64,000 nt of DNA. It comes from Octopus sinensis (taxonomy: Eukaryota). A model generated the notes under the pieces. It saw only the letters and a list, made by a program, of their open reading frames with translations. It was not told the DNA's origin and did no database searches. Position numbers and translations under genes: made by a program. Positions 14,095 through 26,400 of the stretch are shown in pieces. The DNA is taken from assembly GCF_006345805.1 (NCBI RefSeq), contig NC_043019.1:18599360-18663359 (forward strand), read 5' to 3'. Every line of letters begins with the position of its first letter. Positions within the stretch are counted from its first letter, which is position 1.

Positions 14095-14335
14095 CTATCT
14101 ATTTCTTTTACTACCCACAAGGGGCTAAACACAGAGAGGACAAGCAAGGACAGACAAACGGATTAAGTCGATTACATCGACCCCAGGGCATAACTGTTAC
14201 TTAATTTATTGACCCCAAAAGGATGAAAGGCAAAGTCGGCCTGGGCAGAATTTGAACTCAGAAAGTAATGCCAGACGAAATACGGCTACGCATTTCGCCT
14301 GGCGTGCTAACGTTTCTGCCAGCTCGCCACCCTAG
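14095..14335 (-). mobile_element. tRNA-derived SINE, family A
   Basis: Head GGCGAGCTGGCAGAAACGTTAGCACGCCAGGCGAAATGC...TCTGAGTTCAAATTC and central CCTTTCATCCTTTTGGGGTC (resembles the Deu/Nin core). Other copies: about 18135-18510, 21430-21560, 23905-24290 (two), 26420-26580, 29960-30130, 30440-30600, 40022-40200, 49765-50070 and 52790-52990. Confidence 0.85.
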
Positions 14336-14539
14336 GGTTAGATTCTATCAAGGCCTTAAGTTGATCAACAATAGCATGGGAGCTGAGTGGAGAGGCTGAT
14401 CTTGTTGCAGGGCAGCAGACATTTAAGTCGTTACCTGGGCGAACCATTTTATTACCTGTGTTTTCTGTTGCAATACACTACTTTTTCTTTTGATTAATTT
14501 TGAAAATGATAAAGAATTTAGTCAAACAGTCAGCTTCAT

Positions 14540-14895
14540 CCCTTCACCATTCAGATTATTCTGTCAAACATGTAATGCTTATTGTCTTGAATTAATCATG
14601 CCTTATCATATAACTATGCAATTCCGATGATGTGATTGTTTGTAAATATACAAAAACCCTTTTTTTTTCCACCAGGGATTTATAAGCCCCAACATTAGAT
14701 TATTTTCTACAGCCAAAATATTCAGTGAAAACTTATGTTTACAGAATATTTTCACTCATCACCGTTTCCCTAACTTAGGATATGATTGTTTATTTTTAAA
14801 CTGACATTCTAGAGCAGGAATGAAAGACCAAATCCCACCAGTTTGAATATAAACAGGGAGAATATTTGGGCCCAGGTTAAATGCTAAAGGGTTAA
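14540..14895. mobile_element. Degenerate piggyBac-type non-autonomous element
   Basis: Right end ...AATGCTAAAGGG followed by TTAA (14892-14895). The left end is a decayed complement (CCCTTCACCATTC vs CCCTTTAGCATT). Confidence 0.55.
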
Positions 14896-16900
14896 ACTTG
14901 TGTTTGGAACATTAATCAAAATGAACTTTTTGATAGGTTTTTTTTTTTTAATTTAGATAACTTTAAAACAGAAAGTGTGTATTATAGAACCAGGGCAATG
15001 TCTAGTGAGTTGCTATGAAAAGGGTTAGGCCTTCCATCTGGCCATCCACCTAGTTGGAAGCATTCAAGCCTGGTCTCAGGAGGATCTGAAAGGGGTTCTG
15101 GGGACGAAGCCTTTCTTCTCAGATATGAAATGTTCAAAAGAGCAGAGATGGTCATCGTGACAATAAAAGACACAACATGCAGGTCACAGATTAATGAAAA
15201 GGTAAGGGATTGGAAAGTGTCAGAGAGGGAAGGGTTTGTCTGAGGGAAAGGTTTGTCTGAGTACAAAACGTTTTGGCATTGTCGAGTCAGTGCTGACTTA
15301 CTTGACATCAGACATTTTAATGTTTCTCACATTCTCTCTCTCTCTATATATATATATATATTCTTCTGTGCCTGAGAAGGAAGGTTATCACCATCATTTA
15401 ACGTCCGTTTTCCATTTTGGCATGGGTTGGACAATTTGACTGTTCCTATCAACAAACTGGAGTACTGCACCAGGTTCCACTTGTTGGTTTTGGAAGGGTT
15501 TCTATGGCTGGATGGCCGTCCTCACACCAACCACTTTACAGTGTGTACTAAGTATTATTTATGTGGCACCAGCACAAATTGTAATGTCCATCTCCCTCTT
15601 TCACTCTCTGTATATTTCTGTATGTGTATGGCTGTGTAGGTGCCTCCACCAGAGTCAACCATTATTATCACCAAAACAGGATGAATGCCCTGTCAACCAA
15701 ATTTTCAACATTCAGCTGCACCCAGTCATCCCATATTGGGTCTCACCTCTCAGGTAAACAACATTTTGTTTTCTAGATAGAATCAGGAATGTGACTGTAT
15801 GGGGGTTTTGCCACTCTAGATATGTATAAAACATTTCTAACGGTGGGTACAGTCATTTATCCCCCGGTTACGCTTGATTGAAGAGATGCAATGAAGGGCG
15901 TCCATGTGATGAGCAGAGAATTTTTGTTTCGGTTACAAAGTTATCCAATTTCCTTAGTTGCATTTTTTAGATGGCAGAGTGTGAATTGAGGGAGATCTGG
16001 CTGCTATTTCTAACAAGTGAAGCGAACACACACTCTTCTTGTTGCTTCACAATAGGTGCAGCACTTATGTGTGTTGCACATTTCAACAGCGTATAATAAT
16101 AACTTGTAACAAATTGAAGGTCTTATACTAATCTGAGTGACATCTACACTAGACTGGACCAAATTCGGAATATGATTAACACTTGCATCAGATATTTTAG
16201 TCATCTTTTATTACTTCTACCACTCCACCTCGTTCGTTTTCGGCCCGCTTTCGTCCAAAGGTACGGAATCGTGCGTTAACGGAAGAGCCTGCTTTCAGAA
16301 GGTAAAATACCCAAGTATATAAGTAAATAATAAAGAATTGCAAACAGAATCGTAAATTCATTTCTCGGAGTCACAAACCACACAACAAAAATAACAAACA
16401 CAGTAGGTTATATTGTTAGTAATTTTTATATCACAGAATGTTGAATGTGATGTTTAGACCCGGACGTTCAAGCAATTATGCGAGAGAGATTCTAGGGGCG
16501 GGATAATATGTGGCTGTGATACCGATATACTGTGATACCCAGTACAGCAGTTCCAAGACGAGAATGAGAAAATCCGGACAATGAACTCGATTCGCTGAGA
16601 AATCGCAGCAGCACATCACACACACACACACACACACACACACGAGTAATAATGACTAGTACAGGTCTATCAACTCACCTGACCAGCGCAGCTATAATGG
16701 CCGGTTTTAGCGAAGCTCTACGTTTTTCTTTTTGCTCGTCTATTTACATGTTACTGTTCCGCGCGCGCGCACATTCATTTGTTTAGTAAATATTAGTCCA
16801 CACACACACTCAAAATCTGCCAACATGATGTCACATCCACACAGATACATCTATTTACATTATGATTACGACGAGTCCTGTCACATTTTAGCTATTATTA

Positions 16901-16933
<33 letters not shown>

Positions 16934-17098
16934 CATCATTAACGATTACTATTATTAATTAATAATAATAATGATGATCATTATTATTATTAATTATGAT
17001 ATACCTGTTTAGAAAACCTCTCACCATGGAAACGTGAACAATGAAAACGCGATGTAAAAAGCTAGGCTTATTTTAATTTCGTATTTCCGTCCTTCCTT

Positions 17099-17136
<38 letters not shown>

Positions 17137-19019
17137 GTCTAGTATTTTATTTTATATAAGTGATTGCTGATCATTTTTATTAAGTAAAAAATTTAAGAAT
17201 TTGAAATGACTGGAAAAAATATTCTGGAAAATAATAGATAAGGTTTCAATTTGCAATCGTACGATTAATTTACACAGAAATATGATAAATAGAAGATACG
17301 GTAAATATATTAACTGTTAAATTCTGTATGTTTTTTTTTATTATTATTAATAAAGACTAAGAACGATTCAAAATGGACACAATATAGTTTCTTCCGTAAG
17401 CTGAAAATCCCTTTTATAAAGCGAGATATCATCTATTCCATTGTCATATTACTAATATTGACATGACCCCAAAATACGAAACTGACAATAGCTCTGTTGG
17501 TCTTCATGAAAGAACGTCTTCGGCAGTGGATGGCAAAACTCAAAGATGTTGCACCAAATCCTTTGCAATATTTATGTTAGTGAGATATCGAGGTCAAATA
17601 CCAACGGAGTTTACATTTTATACATCCAAGAAAATAAGATAATTTTTGTCGTCCATTTAAGTAGACTGGCGAAATCGTTGCTTAAAATGCCTTCGGTTTT
17701 CAGTCGCCGTCTTTTCCGTTCCGAGTTGAAACACTACCAAGGTCAACCTTGGTTTTCATACATTTGGGGTTCTACTCAAATACTATGATCGATTTAATGG
17801 TCCTATAAAGCACCCGTGATGGACCAGAATTGTATTAGGAGACTTAGATTGTGCCTTGCCTCCTATGCCTATACTTCGAGTTCAAATCCTGCTGGGGTCG
17901 ACCTCTCTTCAGATTTTCCCCAGGAACCGATCACATAAGTATTGGTTAAGTACCGAAGATTGATTAAATTAACCATAATGTGTGGTCCCCTGATAGAATG
18001 TTGTATTCAGTTACGTGTCGGGCTGAAGCCTATTCGAATGAAATTCACACATAAGATGCATTACCGGAATCGATCCCAATTAACTGGTATTTTATCACCA
18101 GCTTTGATAGAAATACGTGCCAGAATGATGAAGGCGGCGAGCTGGCAGAAACGTTAGCGCGCCGGGCGAAATGCTTAGCGGTATTTCGTATGCGTTACGT
18201 TGTGAGTTCAAATCCGCCGAGGTCAACTTTGCCTTTCATCCTTTCGGGGTCGATTAAATAAGTACCAATTACGCACCTGGGTCGATGTAATCGACTTAAT
18301 CCGTTTGTCCTCTCTGTGTTTAGCACCTTGTGGGTAGTAATAGGTATTGCATAGAAATAGGTATTGCATCTGCCACTACGTTCTGAGTTCAAATTCTGCC
18401 GAGGTCGACTAAATAAGTACCAGTTACACACTGGGGTTCGAAGTAATCGACTTAATCCGTTTGTCTGTCCTTGTTTGTTCCCTCTGTGTGTAGCCCCTTG
18501 TGGGCGGTAAAGAAATAAGAATGATGAAATCCACTACAAATTTATGAGCAATCCTTACTATATTAAGATAATATTTTCCTCCATTTTTAGATTTACAATT
18601 TTTACATCTACATTTGTGTTTTGACCGATTTCACCTCCAATCAGTATCAAGTATGCTGTGTTTATATCATCTTAGGAAATCTCGAGTCGACCAAAGCCTT
18701 GAGTGAAATTCGGTTCAATGAAAACTGTCAGGGGGACTGTCCCTTTTCTTGTGTGACAGGCTCAGTCCGTCGCACGGTTTACACCACCGCCTGGCTCCAT
18801 AAGCGTCCAACCTGTTGCAACACTGGGACCCGGATAGCTTCTTCCTTTCATACTATCAATCTCGAAGGACGTAAAAAAATCCAAACTTAGAAGAAGAAAG
18901 AAAGCATTCAAACCATTACAAAATATAAATGAAAGCTGTTTCTGTTTCTTGCAGCAAATCATTATTTTCAAGATTGAAACGTTGGATTTGCTTCCCCCCC
19001 CCCCCAACTAGTTTGCAGA

Positions 19020-20072
19020 ATGGAATCGAGAGGTTCGAAAGCTCACTATACTATAAAGATTTATGTTGAACTGGGCAAAAACGCTGCATGAAATGCTCCA
19101 GATTGGTCACGGATTAAATTTTTCGCTGGTACAAAAGAGATTCAAAGACGGTAGTGAGGAGGTGTGGGAGGGAGAGGGGCGCCAGAACATCGGAGCTGGT
19201 TGCGAAAATTCACAATTTTCTGGATGAAGATTGTGGGTCCTGTAAAGACAATAAGCATAGTTTGGAGTTAGTGTAGTAGTTGTACACAGATTTATTCATG
19301 AAGATCAGAACAAGTGCAAAATTTGTTCTCAGGGTGCTCAGTGACGAACAGACAAAAAGACGGATTGGTAACGGCGAGGAGATGGTTGGGCTGCAATCCA
19401 AGAGTACTTGAGTCCCTGGTGACATGTGACGAAAGTTGGATGTCCTGTTATGATCCAGAGACAGGGTGCCCAACGTAAGCATCCTGGCTCCAAGAAGGCC
19501 AAGGAAAGCAAGCCAACCTGGAAGCTCAGGATCATCCCCGTTTCTCGGCAGTATGAGCATCACCTACATCCACTGGCTTCCCTCTGGCTGTACGCTCAAG
19601 AAAGAGTAACTTATGAAGATTTTGAGGCAGTTCAGGGAGAGATTTTATTGTAAAAGACCAGACTTCTTCTTGGGTCGATGACAGCTGCACCAGGGCAATG
19701 TACCAGTCCCGAATTCCATTCTGGCAACCAACTACTTGACAGAGATGGGCATCAAAACTGCCCCTCATCCTCCCTACAGATGTTGCTGAAGTGGGGTTGA
19801 TTTCTGTGACTTTTGGTTGTTCTCCAAGCTGAAAGAGAACCTTAAGGGCAGTCTTTTTGAAGACACCGAAAAGATGAAGGACGCTGCGATAGGAGTCCTG
19901 GACACCTTCAATTTGGAAGACTTCCATGAGGTCTTCACACAGTGGTTGCAATGCTACAACAAATGCATCGAAGTCGGACGATTCTACTTTGAAGGAGATT
20001 AGAGCTTTAAGCTTCTTTGAAATTAATGTCTCTCCTGAAAAAATGTCGAAAACTTGTGGAATGCACCTTGTA
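19020..20072 (+). mobile_element. Decayed mariner transposon (transposase pseudogene plus right end)
   Basis: Across frameshifts: FRWYKRFKDG (HTH), SAKFVLRVLSDEQ, LVTCDESW..YDPET, LHQGNVPV (HDNAP-like), APHPPY, CDFWLFSKLKENLKG, WLQCYNKCIEVGRFYFEGD* (stop at 20002). A putative right TIR ends ...GGAATGCACCTTG-TA. Confidence 0.9.
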
Positions 20073-23039
20073 ATTCAAAATAAATACAATTCAACACTTG
20101 TAAATTTCTGCTGTACTTATTACCACGCGCCTACATCTTGAGCTAGACACTAGTACGTATTTCACACTGCTGTTTGGGGTCCCATCTCAGCCACTGGGAT
20201 TGCATTACAGAAACCTTCACATCGATTAAAGTTTTGCAGGTTCCGCACGACCTTTGATAAGCTTTGTTTTTTACTTTGAGGTATCTTCCAGCCCAACAAA
20301 GTGTTAAACCAGGGTTTGCACCACAAAAATAGATTACAACAGACTGATCTTTCAACTGATTCACCGGCTTCACTGAAGAGGTGTAATTAGACGGGAAAAT
20401 ATTCAAAGTAGTCACCCTTTCTTGCAGAGACTAGATTAAATAAATGGCATAAGTTATAGAGGGAATGTTTTCTTCTCACAACATAAATGCAATTAGAATC
20501 CCCCTAATATGATCATAATCAAACTGACGCCTCTTCCATTTCTTTTACTCATTATTCTATATTAAACTCGTCGCACAAACTTAAATTTGTGTTGAAATAA
20601 TAAAGCATGCATTCCTAATATAACAGACATCCATCGATTTCTTTATTTTTTTCTTCTTTTTTTTTTTCTGGGCATCAGTTAGTATTCATGATTCTGTCCT
20701 ATAAAGCAGGAAGGAGACGAAGCGGGTAACGCTTCATCTTCCAGCTGAATCCAGACGTCCATACTTTTGGCATGTCATGAATTAGTACCATGGATCCCTG
20801 AACGACGACGACAATGAGGAGGAGATTCCTGCGCCGAGGTATTTGATGTTCTTCTCCATCTTGAGTGTCTTCCCACTGACAACCGTGTCAGATCAGAACA
20901 TCCATTTCAAGTGCAAACCCAAACTTGCTCAGCGAGATGTCGATATGATGAAGGTCAACAACTGCTACAGCTTGTTATAGTTGTTGACCTTGACAGCTAT
21001 TAAGAGTAATTGATGAAGCAATAAGAGAGGCTGGTGTCGTTGAAAGTATTGACTTTCACAAAGTTAAACATGCCACTTATTCAGCATCGAGTAGCACAAA
21101 CAAGCAAAACCAATTGCTGGCTCAGACCCTTTTAATTAATATTTTTGCAATACTCCTTATTACAATCGCTACTCGACAATAATTCAACGTTCATAACATT
21201 CAAAGCAACTAACGAGAGACCTTTACACCAGACTTTTCAAGGTGGATCAAGAAGTGGGGTTATATGGGTACTGAGAACAAAAGGAGCAATAAGGGGGCAA
21301 TAAATTATAAATCTTTTAATTGCTCTAACATTCTAATTTTTGGGGTGAGGGGTGCGAAACATCTTGTGATATTGACAGTCAAAATTATCGTGCCGGACAA
21401 AATGCTTAGCTATATTTCTTCCGTCTTTGAGGTGGCAAGCTGGCAGAATTGTTAAGAACGCTGGGCAAAATGCTTAGATGCATTTTGTCCGTCTTTACAT
21501 TCTGAGTTCAAATTTCACCGAGGTTGACTTTGCCTTTCATCCTTTCGGGTCAATAAAATAAGTCCTAACGGAGCCCTTACTCACTCTTCCCTTGCGCCAA
21601 CATTTGAAACCAATATCAGTGGCCAGTATATTTTTTTCATTCCATATTAATATTGGTGAAATGACTTATATTCAAGAAGTCTTTTAATGTGATCAAACTT
21701 GTTGGCAGCCTTTTGGTGTATTTATATTTCTAGAATCATAGCTCGGGACATTGAAAGTGGGTTAATAAAAGTCGATAATTAAAAAATAAGGGTGAATAAG
21801 AATCACTGCACAACGCGATTAAGCTAAAAGCCTCCCTTAATTCACATATTGGAGGATATAATGTTATCCTCAATACACTGCTGCTAGGAGAAGAAAGGCG
21901 TGATGCTCATGAATGGAACGTCCTTGATAATAGGTCTGCTTAGCTACAACTACATTTGGCCGACTACACCTCTTATGAACGGATGTGGAACTATTTGAAC
22001 CCAAATTTAAGTTTTTAGTTTACACGATCGTAATGCATTTACCATGGGTGAACATGAGACACTCTTGGAAAATAAAAATATAAAGAAATCCTTCAGTATT
22101 GGTTAATGTCATTCACACACACAACCTTCCCTCAAGACATAGATAAAGATGAGGGTGGATGATGTCTCCTCATACTGACGCACTGGATACCGATACCGAA
22201 GGACCACCAAATATAAAATGCAATGAAATGGGTGATAAACGAATGACATTCAAATAAATTGAGAACATATGAATGTGATGGGGGGGGGAGAGAAAGTGTG
22301 CAGGTGGACAAAGAGCACCAGCCGAATAGGTTATATTTAGTAAGGTTTTAACTTTCAACCTTATTACGAAACGTTTTTTTTTAAATCAGATAAAATATCA
22401 ATTTTTTTATCTTCTACATTCTTTGTCTGTCATAAGATTTTTACAAAGCTGTGTCATCTCATATTTTTGATAGTTTACTTGTAAAGTGCTTGGTACTCAA
22501 GGAAAATAAAATACAGAAATTGATATCTAGAAATATGGACACCTTACATTACTGTCACGAAAGTGTTACGCACACACGCACATGCGTGAAAAACAAGCTG
22601 GAAAAAAACAGGACTCGAATACCAAAGGTAGAGCCATATATTTTGTTCAAGCTGAAAAAACTTCACAGACTGTTATTGAAGAGTTTTACATAACCAGTGG
22701 TCAGTCAGTTGTGAGTATCCACTGGTGTCGCAGCTTGTGAAGTTTTTGCACTCACGACTACGAGATCATGGTTTCGATTCCCAGACCAGGGGTTGTGTCA
22801 TGCTCTTGACCAAAGCACTTCATTTCACGTTGCTCTCTGCGATCATTTCGTTATCAAACATGTGGCATATGACGCACCTGTACAGGTAATGTCAATTTGA
22901 TGGAGGGAGTGAGCTTATGTCTACCACAAACATTTGATCACTATAAACAAATCATCTGTGTGGCTGTTTGGTAAGAAACTGCGGAAACCTCATTCGTCAT
23001 ATGTCATCTAACGACGGGCAAGTCCTTCGTGTGTGTGTA

Positions 23040-23435
23040 TATATATATTCTTCTATTGTTTTATTTGTTTCAGTCATTTGACTGCGGCCATGCTAGAGCA
23101 CCGCCTTTGGTCGAACAAATCGACACCGGGACTTATTCTTTGTAAGCCTAGTACTTATTCTATCGTTCTCTTTGTTGTACCGCTAAGTGACAGGGATGTA
23201 AACACACCAACATCCGCTGTCAAGCAATGGTGGGGGAACAAACACAAACACAAACATAAATAGATATACATACATACGACGGGCTTCTTTTAGTTTCCGT
23301 CTACCAAATCCACACACAAGGCTTTGGCCCGCTCGAGATGATAGTAGAAAACACTTGCCCAAGGTGCCACACAGTGGGACTGAACCTGGAATCATGTAGT
23401 TGGGAAGCAAGCTACTTACCACACACCCACTCTTA
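23040..23435 (-). mobile_element. tRNA-derived SINE, family B (CORE-like, internal microsatellite)
   Basis: GTGGGTGTGTGGTAAGTAGCTTGCTTCCCAAC...GGTTCAGTCCCACTGTGTGGCACCTTGGGCAAGTG. Other copies: about 9040-9170, 11826-12120, 29000-29330, 35865-36240, 36725-37160, 38436-38905 and 41915-42325. Confidence 0.85.
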
Positions 23436-26400
23436 CGCATATATATAGCATATACACACATATATATACACGCACACACACACACCAGAGTAAGCACATA
23501 AATGCGAAACCGGGTCGAAAGAATAGTACTCGAATACCAGAGGTAGAGTAATATGCTTTATCAAAAAGCAGCAAAAATATCACAAAAACTGTTTCTCAGA
23601 GTTTCACGTTCCCGTTCGTCGGACAGTTTTGTTTAGAAACAAATTTTTTGCTGCTTTTTCAATTGCACACACACATATATATTAGCAAGATCATCTTGCA
23701 ATAGCTCAACCTACTAGAAATAACAGCCAAATCTACAAATCACGTGTTCACATCTCAAAAACAGAAAAAGAAAAAGACGACCCTAGCAAGCAAAATTTAA
23801 GAAGAGTAAAGTCAAAGTTGGGACGCTTTTGATATCAGATCCCTTCGTTCAGAATCCGAAAGCAAACTGTTTGATGATGATAAGGAGGATCATCATCGTC
23901 ATCATCAAGGTAGGGAGCTGGCAGAATGGTTAGCACGCCGGGCGAAATACTTAGCAGCATTTCACCCGTCTTTACATTCTGAGTTCAAATTCTGCCGAGG
24001 TTGACTTTGCCTCTCATCCTTTCGGGATCGATAAAGCAAGTACCAGTTGAGTACTGGGGTCAATATGATCGACTTCCTCCTCCCCACAAAACCTTGTGCC
24101 TAGAGTAGAAAGGATTATCAAGGCGGCGAGCTGGCGGACTCGTTAGCACGCCGGGCGAAATGCTTTGCGGCATTTCGTCTGTCTTTACGTTTTGAGTTCA
24201 AATTTCGCCAAAGTTGACTTTGCCTTTCATTCTTTCGGAGTCGGTAAATTAAGTACCAGTGAAACGCTGGGGTCGATGTACTTGATGTACGTTTCGGGTT
24301 AACGTCTATTCTCGACGAAGAAGATAGTTTCGTACGCTTGCTATCTACAAGAAGCTACAATCAACAAAGCAGCAAATAACCAGCAACAGAACAGTCCTCA
24401 AACAACCACGTTGTTGGAAGTTAGATAAGAAAAGAGGAACAAAATATCCAATATAAAGCTGCCTTAAAAACATTAAACGATCAGCAGAAATTTCTTTTCT
24501 GTTTTTTTTTTTTTTTAATACAGTTAAATCGATCAGGGAAACAAGATGGAAGACAAGAAGTTCGAAGAAAGACACTAGCAGAGTTGAAACATCTTGTAAG
24601 GAGGGGGGGCAACAACAGTGAAAAGATGAGAATGAGTCGAAAGAAAAGGGACTTGATAAGAGAAACAAGAAGTTTGCCCAGATAAAGATAGCTTTTCTTT
24701 CGTACCGGCCTTTTTCTTTTCCTCATTATATAAATATATATATAATATAATATAATATAATAAATCTCTGAACGAGGTATAAACAGTAACTGCACGACAA
24801 TGTGAAGGCAAACATACCTCACATATATAAAATATACATTATATATATTTCTGCCTTTCCTTCGATTACTCATCGTTGCAGAGGTAGACCCCTGCCAGTT
24901 TCCCGAGTCTGGTTTTTACTCTGATTAATAGCAATTTTAATCTGAAACTAAAATCAAACAAAGCAATGATTTAGAGAGCGAAGCAGTGGCTGGAGTATTT
25001 ATTATATACGATTTGTTGTGCTAACAATAGTACGGAATCACGTGTGCCCATCTGTAAGTGCGTATATGTGTCTGTCTATGTAGGCATCTGTGTTAGTATT
25101 CTAGATTAAGAGTGGGTCATGAGACAACGCTAAAACAGTTGGCAAGTAGACATCGTAGAGGTGGAGAAAGCTCACTGTAGAAGTGGAAGCGAAATTTCGT
25201 GGATCGAACGTTCGTTCGGCTGTTCGGTGGAGCAGACAAATAAATACTTAACGGGAAGGGGGGGGGGAGAACAGCATGACAGTTCCTAACTCGTGCTCCT
25301 CGGTGCCAAACTAAAGAACTAAAACGAATACAGAAGGAACTGTTCGGAAAGTTTAATTATTGGAATATCGGAATAAGTGGTGATGTCAGTGCATAGACTA
25401 ACATCTATTCGAATGTTGATTATTGGGAAATAAGCTGAACACTAGACTAAAAACACTACATTTACATACACAAAACACGGGATCTGAAGGTCGCCTCTTG
25501 TCAATATTACACATTATATAAAACCTGTTTCCAACAACAGCAAAACAGCCCGACTACTATTTGGTCCGGTTACGACATCGTGTCTTGATCGTTACATTCA
25601 AAATCCGACGAAACGAATGCTGAGCTGTGACAGCAATACAGTAAAAACTATTCACAAAATTAAATAAGTTAATTTACCTTGAGGCGGCACAAAAGGGTTT
25701 AAAGCTGCTCTGAGTTGAATCCTTCCCCTGAAGAGAATCAGAGTTTTAGTAACCACTACCAACCTTTCGTCTCGGCGATCCTTCGGTTAATATCTCCACA
25801 TTCACACATCTATCACAGGTTATTTTATGTCTGGTAACCGGAGAGGACTCTTTACCGAAGGATTTTTTTAAAATTTATTTTTCGGCTATCAATTGAGAGG
25901 AAGTTGTTATATCTTATATATATTATATATATATTATATCATATATGTATTATATCATATATATATTATATCATATATATATATTATATCATATATGTAT
26001 TATATTTTAAACGAATGAAGACAATAACGTGTGAAGACTATTGTGTTCATTGGTTTCAAATTATAAAACTGCTACAAACATTATTAATAACATCAGAATA
26101 ATTGATATGATTTTATTTCACAGTCGAGTGCCATGTCTTCCTCATTAAACAAGAGAAACAATTCTAAACGATCCGATACAATCCACATCCATCCCAAGCA
26201 CGAGAAGTTCCTTATTAAGACCCTATCTCCTAAAGCAAACAGTTTATCTTGCTACGTGCGCACGCGCGCGGGCCCGCAACAACCCCCGGATTTAGGCACA
26301 ACCACATCTTAATTGTAAGTCAGAGACTTTTAAAATTTAAAGAAAAAAAAAGCCTTAATTCAAGGATCTCTTCTAAGAACATTTTTTTTTTATCACAAGT

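Noticed and set aside
14982-15308. 108-aa minus-strand ORF
   Set aside because: No recognisable motif and no coherent splice context; probably decayed repeat DNA.
17463-17579. Possible plus-strand first exon MTPKYETDNSS...FAIFML|gtgaga
   Set aside because: Weak donor, no promoter motifs and no partner exon; not distinguishable from chance.
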